This document shows positions 22,641 through 30,904 of a DNA stretch of 32,000 nt, in pieces; the stretch's first letter is position 1, and each line of letters opens with the position of its first letter. The position numbers were made by a program, and so were the translations under genes. The notes below the pieces were generated by a model that was not told the origin of the DNA, did not search any database, and saw only the letters and a list, made by a program, of their open reading frames with translations. Source of the stretch: Candidatus Saccharimonadota bacterium (GTDB taxonomy: Bacteria > Patescibacteriota > Microgenomatia > UBA1406 > GWC2-37-13); NCBI GenBank assembly GCA_016699265.1, contig CP064967.1, positions 30,001-62,000 of the forward strand. The letters are read 5' to 3'.

Positions 22641-25598
22641 TTAATTAATAATGAGCCAGTTAAATCGTAGGTCAGGGTGATTGTTCGTGCTCATCGCTAC
22701 GGTAAAGTAATTGACACAGTCTGCTTCCGCATCTTTACAGATGTGTTTCTCCTTCACAACAAGCGGTTTGTCTACGAAGTTTAGATTTGTTTCTGGCGTT
22801 ATGTAGACGAGAGTAGCTTCGGAAACATTCGTGTTATAAACTCTCACTTCGTTTTCACCTTCAGGAATAATTGAGGAGCCCGATGTTTTTGGAAGTTGTA
22901 GATTGTTGAATGTTGCCGATCCGGTTGCACTTATTGATCCCACCATAACCCCAGAAGGGTTACGTATTTCAAGTTCCTTAGCCGTGATTGTACCCTTTGT
23001 CACAATATTTCCATTTCTCGCAAAGGCAATGGATCCATCAAAAAAAGATATGGCGGAGTTTGCCATAAGATGTAGCGTGTCAGACCGCGCGGTAATGCTG
23101 TCCTGAACGGTTAATGCATTAATATCTGCAAGCTCAGTAACTACCAGATGTGAGGTGAGGGACTCATGAGATATTGAAGATAAGACTTCACTGGGAAGAG
23201 CGTCAGACATGCTTGGTGTAAGATTCGCCATAGACAGTTTAGACAGTTTTACCTGTACTTCATTTAGGTTTTCGGTTAAGTTATCCGTTGTTCTACTCTT
23301 AATCGTGTCAGCGGATATCGAGTTGTTAAAGATGCCGTTTTCAGCCTGAACCGTGCCATTTGATTTAATATTACCTTCCGCATCGATAGAAGCCACAACG
23401 GCTTTTTTAAGCCCTTTAATTACAAGTTTTGATAGGCTTGATGAGTTGCTTGCTGTTGAGTCCTCTGGAGTGAGATTAATTGCAAGGTCTTTTCCTGGCT
23501 CAGGTTTTATCTCTGAAGTTTCTACAACGGGAGAAATAACACGTTCTGCTAAAACGGTCTCAAATTGATTTTTTACCGCTGTGCTAATACCTTGCGCTAG
23601 TATTTCTAGAGGGTTTCGAGACTGGACAACGTAGTCAAGTCCCACAAAGACCATAATTTTGTTTTTAATAGATCCTTTCTCCCACGACTCAAGAGCTTTA
23701 CCTATAACGACTCCATCACCTACAGACTTAACTGCCTTTCCTTTCTCGGTTGAGGTGGTGAGATAGTCTCCAGCGCTTATTTGTTCCGAATCATCGGATA
23801 TTTTTACCGGAACTCTACCTTTCAGGGCTATTGGCATTGGATTTTCAGACGAGGCTATATTATGGCCAACGCTTATAAAGTCACTATAGTTGTTCGAGAT
23901 TACACCGATAACGTGATCATCGTGAGGTTTGTCGGATTTTATTAGCTGGCGAAGTTCATCATTCTCGGTAGTTTTGACAACTTTCGTCCCAAGAGTCATT
24001 ACGTCGCCAAACTCCGCTCCCTTTTCAACCGGGTACATTTCAGCAAAATCAGCTGTTGGAGTTGAGGCGCAGTCTACGAGGGCTTGGTTATCTGTTCCCG
24101 ATTGGGAGTTGTGACACAGAGCGTATGATGTTCCTGTCCCTCCGATATCTAGAGTTGTCGATCCTGAGGTAACGGAATTTCCCGAAACGAGATTACCTTT
24201 GATTTTAAGTTGTGATGTTGTACTCAAGTCGAGAGCGGAGAATATTCCTAAAGAACTTGTAATGCAATCAGAGGATCCATCAAGGCATAATCTATCGGCA
24301 AACACATCATTCCATATTCGAGTTGATGAACCTAAGTTATACGAATCACTAAACTCGGGACCAAGATCTCCAGATACCTCAAGTCTAAAAGTGGTTGGAG
24401 ATGTAGTATTGATTCCAACATTTCCACCATCGGATATATAAATCCGCTCTTTATTCGAACCACCCGTTTTTAACCTGATAGAACCACTTCCTGTAGCATT
24501 CAAAGTGATGTCTCCGTCATTTGCAGTCTCCAGTGATAGATTAGACCCGCTCGTTATTGAAAAAGTCCCGCTCGTGTAAGTTGAGGCGATCATTGGCGAG
24601 TTTATAGATAAGATTACGGTTCCATCAGAGGATATATAGGGCACCGACGAGGTTGTTGAGCCAAGAGGACGACCTTGGAGTGATTCAGCGTTCGTAGCAT
24701 ATCCAACATTTGCGATCTGTTGACGAGGGGACATCTCATTATCTGAAGCGATCGTAGTACCGAGATAAACGTTTGGGTTTTCACTAAAAACTCCGCTTCC
24801 AACCTCTTTACCGCAGATGTCCTGTTGCGGAGGAGGACTTATTGTGGATCCTCCAATTAAAACCGAGAAAAAGCCATTACGATCAGGAGTAATGGAGCAG
24901 AGTCCAGTCTGGTAGAGAGCATTCGGAGATTTCGGAGAATTATATAGTTTAAATTGAATGGACGTTAAATTTGTAATGTTATTTCCAAGGCTATCTGTTA
25001 GCCGACCTTGAAACGCAAAGACTCTTCCGGTTTTTAGTGGTACGGATGAAGATATAGAAGCTGAGCCGCTAGTCGATCTAAGGATTTCAGTCAATTTTAA
25101 GGGAGTATAGATCATTAGCAGGATTATGATAATGATCATTCCACTTGAATTTAAAAATCTTCTGTCCAAAGGCAATCGTCGTGATGTAGAAGGTGCTTGA
25201 TGTAGAGTGCGGGAAGGAATGGCCGCTGGAACGGAGCCGCTTACGCTCGTAATAATTCCTCTTTTAATTATAGATTTATCAATGCTTAGATTTAATTTAC
25301 TGTCGCTACAAAACTGAATGAACTTTCTCAGAGTAGATAACCGGCGACTAAATGTTTTACTAGAAACCTCCTGATCATTGAGGTAGTGAATGTATTTGAG
25401 AATTACCGGCTCTGTAATAGCATCTTGCACGAGATTGTCCTTAGAAGAGTCAGTCTGAGAAGATCTAATCCATCCTATAAAATGCTTGAAGTCTGAAGAG
25501 TAGTTTTTAATCGTAGTAGCATTCAGTCCATTATTTCCCGCACTGAGATATTCAAGAAATAAAGCCTCGATATTATACAAATTATACGCTTTATTCAT
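22641..25598 (-). CDS. Large single-pass membrane protein: cytoplasmic integrase-SAM-like (core-binding) domain, TM helix, and a roughly 800-aa Ser/Thr/Gly-rich extracellular region with a tail-fibre-like module
   Basis: The N-terminus FLEYL..GLNATTIKNYSSDFKHFIGW ... SSKTFSRRLSTLRKFIQFC fits the tyrosine-recombinase N-terminal SAM-like domain. No catalytic domain is present. The TM helix is GMIIIIILLMIYTPL. The later module is ADFAEMYP..GDVM..IALKGRVPVKI..AGDYLTTSTEKGKAVK..VIGKALE. Confidence 0.6.
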   Translation of the reverse strand: MNKAYNLYNIEALFLEYLSAGNNGLNATTIKNYSSDFKHFIGWIRSSQTDSSKDNLVQDAITEPVILKYIHYLNDQEVSSKTFSRRLSTLRKFIQFCSDSKLNLSIDKSIIKRGIITSVSGSVPAAIPSRTLHQAPSTSRRLPLDRRFLNSSGMIIIIILLMIYTPLKLTEILRSTSGSASISSSVPLKTGRVFAFQGRLTDSLGNNITNLTSIQFKLYNSPKSPNALYQTGLCSITPDRNGFFSVLIGGSTISPPPQQDICGKEVGSGVFSENPNVYLGTTIASDNEMSPRQQIANVGYATNAESLQGRPLGSTTSSVPYISSDGTVILSINSPMIASTYTSGTFSITSGSNLSLETANDGDITLNATGSGSIRLKTGGSNKERIYISDGGNVGINTTSPTTFRLEVSGDLGPEFSDSYNLGSSTRIWNDVFADRLCLDGSSDCITSSLGIFSALDLSTTSQLKIKGNLVSGNSVTSGSTTLDIGGTGTSYALCHNSQSGTDNQALVDCASTPTADFAEMYPVEKGAEFGDVMTLGTKVVKTTENDELRQLIKSDKPHDDHVIGVISNNYSDFISVGHNIASSENPMPIALKGRVPVKISDDSEQISAGDYLTTSTEKGKAVKSVGDGVVIGKALESWEKGSIKNKIMVFVGLDYVVQSRNPLEILAQGISTAVKNQFETVLAERVISPVVETSEIKPEPGKDLAINLTPEDSTASNSSSLSKLVIKGLKKAVVASIDAEGNIKSNGTVQAENGIFNNSISADTIKSRTTDNLTENLNEVQVKLSKLSMANLTPSMSDALPSEVLSSISHESLTSHLVVTELADINALTVQDSITARSDTLHLMANSAISFFDGSIAFARNGNIVTKGTITAKELEIRNPSGVMVGSISATGSATFNNLQLPKTSGSSIIPEGENEVRVYNTNVSEATLVYITPETNLNFVDKPLVVKEKHICKDAEADCVNYFTVAMSTNNHPDLRFNWLIIN

Positions 25599-26131
25599 TC
25601 TAAATTTAGAATAGGAAAAATTTAGAACAAAGTCAAGCGTACTAAATATACACTGTTATGACTAAGTTAGAATGAATCGACTAGAAAGTACGTCTGAAAA
25701 AAGGAATATAGAATAAATTGCTTACAGTAAGAGTATTTAACGCGCGACCTATTACTGAAGAAAACAGTATATAAGTGTATCATTCAGCCTATAGCGCATA
25801 GAGTATATAGTATATAAACTAATAAATACTGATAATTCGGGGAATATAAATTAATTGGAGTAGAGTAGCTATGATGCACAACAACTCTTAGCACTAATTA
25901 AATTACAAACGATATGCTTTCTATTTGAGGTTATTGGATCACTAAATCTGATTAATCTTACCTATTTCTCGGTGATTAGCACTAAAGCTCTAAGATTGAT
26001 AAAATTTAGTAAATGAAGCTGAGCCTATTATGAAGCGATATTCATTATAATTTTTAATTTTTATTATTTGTTAGCATACTACGAAAACTTAATATGGGTA
26101 TAAACTTAAGTTTTTTAAAATCAATCTCATC

Positions 26132-26160
26132 TTGACAACAACATGTACGTTTGTTACATT
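26132..26160 (+). promoter_or_regulatory. Promoter TTGACA-17-TACATT for the PaaX-like gene
   Basis: TTGACA at 26132-26137, a 17-nt spacer, and TACATT at 26155-26160. ATG 26168 lies 7 nt downstream. Confidence 0.7.
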
Positions 26161-26167
26161 TTGCTGT

Positions 26168-26914
26168 ATGGCAATAAAAGAAAGAAGATCTAAAATTCTA
26201 CTTGCTTTTTGTTTACTTGGAGGAAAAGCTGCGAAATCGGTATCGATAGACGATGTTTTTCTTAAGATATTCGACTTATCATTAAACCAAAAAACAAAGT
26301 CTACGATTAATGCGCTAATTAAAAAAGGCGCTCTACTTAGGGATGAGACTAAAAAAGATGCATACTCACTTACAGACGTAGGATTTGTAGAGGTTAGTAG
26401 AGATTTTCCATACTTTAGGTTTTTCAGAGAGGATTGGGACGGTGTGTGGCGGATTCTTTCCTACGAAATTCCAGAGAGAAGACGAGAGCTTAGGGATAAG
26501 TTAAGAAGGGAAGTTGCTAGTTGGGGACTCGGACCATGGCACAGATCTTTCTGGCTAACTCCACATCCAATTATCGGGGATCTCAAAAATCTTATATCAG
26601 GTAAGGAGGAACAACAGTATGTACAGGCGTTTGAATCTTCACACGTCTTTGGAGATAGGGAAGTTTTGATCGAAAAGGTATGGGGTAAAGTTAAGTTACA
26701 TGAAAAATATAAGGATTTATTTAAGCAGTGGCACGAAGTTCTTTCTAAAGACATGGATAAGTTAGCTAAGTTTTCCGTTATCGTAAACTCATACGTTGAC
26801 CTTATTAGAGTAGATCCAGGTTTGCCAAAGGAGTTACTTGGAAAATCTTGGATAGGATATGAGGCGCTAGATTTGTTCTCAGAGATAAAGGAAATTCTTC
26901 TCAGTCAAGGTTAA
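26168..26914 (+). CDS. PaaX-like transcriptional regulator
   Basis: Shows WDGVWRILSYEIPERRRELRDKLRREVASWGLGPWHRSFWLTPHP, the PaaX-family central signature. The ORF-track start at 26132 is the TTGACA -35 box. ATG 26168 follows TACATT by 7 nt. Confidence 0.65.
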   Translation: MAIKERRSKILLAFCLLGGKAAKSVSIDDVFLKIFDLSLNQKTKSTINALIKKGALLRDETKKDAYSLTDVGFVEVSRDFPYFRFFREDWDGVWRILSYEIPERRRELRDKLRREVASWGLGPWHRSFWLTPHPIIGDLKNLISGKEEQQYVQAFESSHVFGDREVLIEKVWGKVKLHEKYKDLFKQWHEVLSKDMDKLAKFSVIVNSYVDLIRVDPGLPKELLGKSWIGYEALDLFSEIKEILLSQG

Positions 26915-27737
26915 AGATCACATCTCCCAATACATCCGTCCGTAAAACATTGGTTTCACTTTTTTCAAGCATATCGAGTATCTCTAACGATGGATGACCA
27001 TAGGGATTATTTTTTCCTACACTTATCACACTGAAGGTAGGGTCTGCTAATATCAAGAATTCATTGATTAGACCGTTTTTAGAGCCATGATGGGGAATCT
27101 TTAGAATGTCAATCTTTTTTATAGATTGTTCCAGAAGCCTTTTTAGAGTTTTTGGTGAAGCGTCACCCGTATACAGGATCGAGTGTCCATTAAAGGTAAA
27201 GACGATAATCTGCGAGCCATTATTCGGGTCATCACTAGCGCTTGAGGCCTGCACATAGTCTTCAGTAGGCCAAAGTATTTTAAATTTTGCAGCTTGAATT
27301 TGAATAGAGGCACCTGCAAATATAGGCTCTATGGTGGTTTTATTGTGTTTGAGAATTTTTAGGAGTTTTAGTGCTTCAATTGAGGTTGTCTTAGGGTAAT
27401 TCATAAAAAGCCGCTCAATTTTGTAGCGAAGCGGGATGTATTGGTAGCCGCCATAATGATCGCTTTGGAGATGAGATAGGAATGCAATCTCGATAGTTTT
27501 ATCGTTCACGCTCATATATTTGCTAAGACAACCTAGTACGGACGATCCTTTTCCCGCATCAATTAAAATATCGATATTGGGTCGAATGTGAATATAGCTT
27601 GCGTCTCCTTGACCAACGTCACAGAAAACCACAAAAGAGTGATTGTTTTGGCCATATAGATAGCTTGTGATTGAAAAGAGCAATGAAAATATAATGGCTG
27701 AAATGAATCCAGTTTTAGATACGGGACTATCGTGCAT
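26901..27737 (-). CDS. comEC: ComEC/Rec2 metallo-beta-lactamase domain as a stand-alone ORF with its own N-terminal TM helix
   Basis: Shows FCDVGQGDASYIHI, ILIDAGK, SHLQSDHYGG (HxHxDH-type motif) and PHHGSKNG. The ATG lies 1 nt after the stop of the upstream ComEC channel ORF, in a different frame. Confidence 0.8.
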   Translation of the reverse strand: MHDSPVSKTGFISAIIFSLLFSITSYLYGQNNHSFVVFCDVGQGDASYIHIRPNIDILIDAGKGSSVLGCLSKYMSVNDKTIEIAFLSHLQSDHYGGYQYIPLRYKIERLFMNYPKTTSIEALKLLKILKHNKTTIEPIFAGASIQIQAAKFKILWPTEDYVQASSASDDPNNGSQIIVFTFNGHSILYTGDASPKTLKRLLEQSIKKIDILKIPHHGSKNGLINEFLILADPTFSVISVGKNNPYGHPSLEILDMLEKSETNVLRTDVLGDVIFNLD

Positions 27738-27738
27738 C

Positions 27739-28527
27739 TTAGATTGAAATGAATGAGTACGGAACTAAATCGGATAGATTGACAATAAAAAGTAAATATT
27801 TCAGCATGCCCGTGGCAATAATGGCGAACGGAATTGTTAGTGCTGGATGTATTAGCCCTAGGATCGCAATGCAGAGTCCTAGAAACATAAGGGGTCCAAC
27901 GATGAATGAGACTAGAATATTGGTCAAAGGGGAAACGAGAGATAGCTGTTTGAAGTAGAGAAAAATAATCGGCGTTGTAAACAACTGCGCTGCAAGACTG
28001 AGTCTTAGTTCACTTGTCAGCCACCAAGGACTCTTTGAGTTGCTTGATCCAAATAAGATTATTCCTAAAGTTGCTCCATAAGAAAGCATAAAAGACACGC
28101 TCGTTATCCATTTTGGCCAGAATATTAAAGAGACAAATCCAGCAATGACTAGAGAGTAGATTGAGGTTGCCTTGCGCTCATAGACGACAGCAAGGAGGCT
28201 GATCGCGCCCATAATTACAGCTCTTACAATAGGTGGCTCAAAGCCAACACTTACTGCAAATACGAGAATAAAGCAGATGGTGAGTATGACTGCTATTTTC
28301 TTATGAACGAAGCCAAAGACAGCCTCTAACATGGCCCCAAGCATAGCTATGTTCGAGCCTGAAAGTACCATGATGTGTAGCAGGCCAGTTCTTTGGAATT
28401 TTTGATATAGATTGAGGTAGGGAGGAATATCTTTGCCAAAAGTGATCCCATTGAGTAGGGCTGCATACGGCTCAGCAAGCGATATATTTATCACGTTAGT
28501 AAAAATATCAATAGAGAATTGTGGCAC
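27739..28527 (-). CDS. comEC: ComEC/Rec2 competence (membrane channel) domain ORF
   Basis: Shows ALLNGITFGKD.., FQRTGLLHIMVLSGSNIAMLG (the ComEC HxxxxSG motif) and multiple TM helices. It has a GTG start 4 nt after the comEA stop. No N-terminal OB/DUF4131 region is present. Confidence 0.75.
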   Translation of the reverse strand: MPQFSIDIFTNVINISLAEPYAALLNGITFGKDIPPYLNLYQKFQRTGLLHIMVLSGSNIAMLGAMLEAVFGFVHKKIAVILTICFILVFAVSVGFEPPIVRAVIMGAISLLAVVYERKATSIYSLVIAGFVSLIFWPKWITSVSFMLSYGATLGIILFGSSNSKSPWWLTSELRLSLAAQLFTTPIIFLYFKQLSLVSPLTNILVSFIVGPLMFLGLCIAILGLIHPALTIPFAIIATGMLKYLLFIVNLSDLVPYSFISI

Positions 28528-28531
28528 TCGA

Positions 28532-29122
28532 TTACAGCGTAACTAAAGGTTTAATTTTTTCATATATATTTGTTTTAACAATTTTTCTATTTAGTAAGTC
28601 CTCTATTGTGGAATAGGGTCTACTGTCAATAATCTTCTTAGCAGTGACTTCACCAACTCCAGGTAATGACTCAAGATCTGAAATTGTCGATGAATTTAGA
28701 CTTACTAATAATGAGGAACTTGAGACAAAGGGTACTATGAGTTTTTCATATGTTTTAAAAGGTATGTATATTTTGACCTGATCGTTCAACTTTTGTGCAC
28801 GGTTAATGTTTTTATCAAAATAGACAAGATCCGCATCGTCGGTTAAACCGCCGGCTTTATCAATTAGCTCATATATCCTTTGACCTGTCTCAATCGTGTA
28901 AACGCCTGGTTTTCGTACTGCGCCTCCGATATCAACCATGTTAGAAGCTCCTCCTAGCTGGTTTTTTTGAATGATAATGGAGGTTTGGCCCGTAGTGTCA
29001 ATCTTTGTCTGCGTGAATAACAACAAAGAGACGACGAACATTAATAAGCAAAGGCCAAGAAGAGATGTCTCCAATTTGTGGGAAAGTAACTGTTCTTTTA
29101 TGTTTTCGATTTTTTCATGCAT
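28532..29122 (-). CDS. comEA: ComEA-like DNA receptor (TM anchor, SLBB domain, helix-hairpin-helix)
   Basis: Shows VDIGGAVRKPGVYTIETGQRIYELIDKAGG (SLBB) and DLESLPGVGEVTAKKIIDSRPYSTIEDLL (HhH). Confidence 0.8.
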   Translation of the reverse strand: MHEKIENIKEQLLSHKLETSLLGLCLLMFVVSLLLFTQTKIDTTGQTSIIIQKNQLGGASNMVDIGGAVRKPGVYTIETGQRIYELIDKAGGLTDDADLVYFDKNINRAQKLNDQVKIYIPFKTYEKLIVPFVSSSSLLVSLNSSTISDLESLPGVGEVTAKKIIDSRPYSTIEDLLNRKIVKTNIYEKIKPLVTL

Positions 29123-29175
29123 TTGAAGTAATGAAATCAGTGTTTGATGGAGAGATCAATGGATTATATGCTACA

Positions 29176-29193
29176 AATCTAAGATTTTAGATT
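29176..29193. promoter_or_regulatory. Inverted repeat AATCTAA-gatt-TTAGATT in the comEA / ORF29233 divergent region
   Basis: 7-bp perfect arms with a 4-nt spacer, about 28 nt upstream of the TATACT -10 box at 29221. Confidence 0.4.
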
Positions 29194-29232
29194 GTTTGAT
29201 CGCTAAGAAAGTTGCTTTAGTATACTGACAGT

Positions 29233-29970
29233 ATGAGGTTGGTTTGGCTGAATGTGTTTATCGTATCATGTATGGCGAGTTCGCTCCCGTTAGTTGCTAG
29301 AATGGATGTAGATGCTCAGCAGTTACAGTCACCTAGGTATCGTATTGAGTCTGAAAGTCTCAGTCTACAGCAGGATCTAGAACAAGGTTCGGCGAATTAC
29401 GATATTTCATCGAGTTTCGGACCACAATCGCAAAAACAGTTCGAAAGTAGGGGATACGTAGCAGTAAGTCGAGTTAAAACAGACTCCTCAGACAGATCGT
29501 ATCTGAGATTGCAGTTGTCTAACTCTCAGCTAGTCTTTGATAAAGCTGACATAGTGGATGAATCTATACAAAAAACCTCCGTCAAATTAACGGGAATAAG
29601 TGCGACTCCATTTATTGTGGCTGTGAGGCAAGCGGAGCAGTTTAAAAATAGTTTTGGAGCTACGGTGATGTCCACAAACTGCGACGACAAATCTTCACCC
29701 TGCACGCCAACATTAGCTCGAGAGTGGAAAACTGGATTTGGATTCGGTTATAGAGTGGACAGGTCAACGGTGGGCGAGTTCAGTAGCAAGTATGCATTCA
29801 GACCTTTATATCAAGGTTACTCATCAGGAAAGTCAGCAATGATTTTCAGGGGCGACGTTAATAAGGACGGCCAGAAGTTGGATTTGGAGTTTAAACTTCG
29901 TCCACAACCACAGACACAGACGGGCATATATCAGAGCACTATTATCATTACAGCGACAACAGATTTTTAA
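29233..29970 (+). CDS. Secreted beta-rich protein of unknown function
   Basis: N-terminal signal peptide (VWLNVFIVSCMASSLPLVA), SPRYRIESESL / SANYDISSSFG motifs, and a C-terminal strand GIYQSTIIITATTDF. TATACT at 29221-29226 lies 6 nt before the ATG. Confidence 0.55.
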   Translation: MRLVWLNVFIVSCMASSLPLVARMDVDAQQLQSPRYRIESESLSLQQDLEQGSANYDISSSFGPQSQKQFESRGYVAVSRVKTDSSDRSYLRLQLSNSQLVFDKADIVDESIQKTSVKLTGISATPFIVAVRQAEQFKNSFGATVMSTNCDDKSSPCTPTLAREWKTGFGFGYRVDRSTVGEFSSKYAFRPLYQGYSSGKSAMIFRGDVNKDGQKLDLEFKLRPQPQTQTGIYQSTIIITATTDF

Positions 29971-29971
29971 T

Positions 29972-30895
29972 ATGAGACCTTCAAAGAGTGCAAGAGCTTT
30001 GACGCTTTGCTTACTGATCGTAATATTTTGTCGTGTTCAAGCTCCAGTCGAAGCACAACGACTTGATCTAGCAGTCGCTCCCCCCAATATTGAGTTATTA
30101 ATTAAACCTGGAGTGAGAATGAGAGTGCCGTTTACCATAACGAATCGATCAGATGAGATTAGTCTTATTCCACTAATAAAAACCTTCGCTATTCTAGGTG
30201 ATGGGAAGTCTGTAGAGTATGGATCGGCGGAAGGCCTCCCGATTAAAGCGTCATTCTACGATGAGAAGTCAGAGCTTATCAAAAGTATAACCATTAAAAA
30301 TGGTGAGGTAAAAAAAATATTTGTGGACCTTAATGTTCCAAGCTCAATTTCGGAAAGGGATTACAGTTTGGCCTTTATAGTTGAAACGCAACCAGAGCTA
30401 TTGGATAAGCAGTATAGCGCAAGAATTAAGACTCAAATTGCGTCGTCCATATTAGTTACTATAACGAAGTCAGGAAAAACACAGGCAAAAGGAACTATTG
30501 ATGTGTTTAAAGTTGCGAGAAACATAGTTGATAGTTTTGATTCGGTCCCCATGACGTTACATGTTATAAATCAAGGGAAAAACGTCGTATACGCAGGTGG
30601 AGCGATTACTGTCCGTGGGTCGTTGGGGGAGAAGGTGATATATCCACTCGAAAGTCATAATATCTTGTCTCATTCAGGTCGACTCATGGTTACAAAGCTT
30701 TCAAAAGACGAGTTTTCGATAGTTCTTAAGGGATTTTTTATAGGTCGATATAGTGTAAGTGCCGCCGTTACATTGGCCGATGATACTGTGCAGCTTAGTA
30801 GATCGACAAAATTTTTTGCATTTCCATTCAAAATAATTTCCGTTGCGATTTTGGGTTCACTGATTGGTCTGATCCTCTTAAGGAATAAGAGATAA
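29972..30895 (+). CDS. Secreted Ig-like-fold protein with a C-terminal TM anchor (DUF916-like or chaperone-like architecture)
   Basis: Signal peptide, then LAVAPPNIELLIKPGVRMRVPFTITNRSDE, and a C-terminal IISVAILGSLIGLILL-RNKR anchor. Start lies 1 nt after the previous stop. Confidence 0.55.
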   Translation: MRPSKSARALTLCLLIVIFCRVQAPVEAQRLDLAVAPPNIELLIKPGVRMRVPFTITNRSDEISLIPLIKTFAILGDGKSVEYGSAEGLPIKASFYDEKSELIKSITIKNGEVKKIFVDLNVPSSISERDYSLAFIVETQPELLDKQYSARIKTQIASSILVTITKSGKTQAKGTIDVFKVARNIVDSFDSVPMTLHVINQGKNVVYAGGAITVRGSLGEKVIYPLESHNILSHSGRLMVTKLSKDEFSIVLKGFFIGRYSVSAAVTLADDTVQLSRSTKFFAFPFKIISVAILGSLIGLILLRNKR

Positions 30896-30904
30896 TATGT
30901 TACA

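Noticed and set aside
25572-25587. Two sense-strand GTATAAT copies inside the first 10 codons of the large surface-protein gene
   Set aside because: They encode ..AYNLYNI.. (Tyr-Asn codons), and no ATG follows within 5-11 nt. This is probably coding coincidence rather than internal promoters.
25668-25783. 40-codon minus-strand ORF (MIHLYTVFFSNRSRVKYSYCKQFILYSFFQTYFLVDSF) in the long intergenic region
   Set aside because: It has no convincing -10 box at the usual 5-9 nt and no SD. Its aromatic-rich composition is what AT-rich noise produces. It cannot be supported from sequence alone.
25888-25985. 10-nt direct repeat TTAGCACTAA (25888-25897 and 25976-25985) in the long intergenic region
   Set aside because: A single 10-mer recurrence within about 500 nt of very AT-rich DNA is close to chance expectation. 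It has no further copies and no flanking symmetry.
26132-26167. TTG start at 26132 for the PaaX-like gene (MTTTCTFVTFCC..)
   Set aside because: Positions 26132-26137 are a perfect TTGACA with a 17-nt spacer to TACATT, and ATG 26168 is 7 nt downstream. The extra 12 residues are not PaaX-like.
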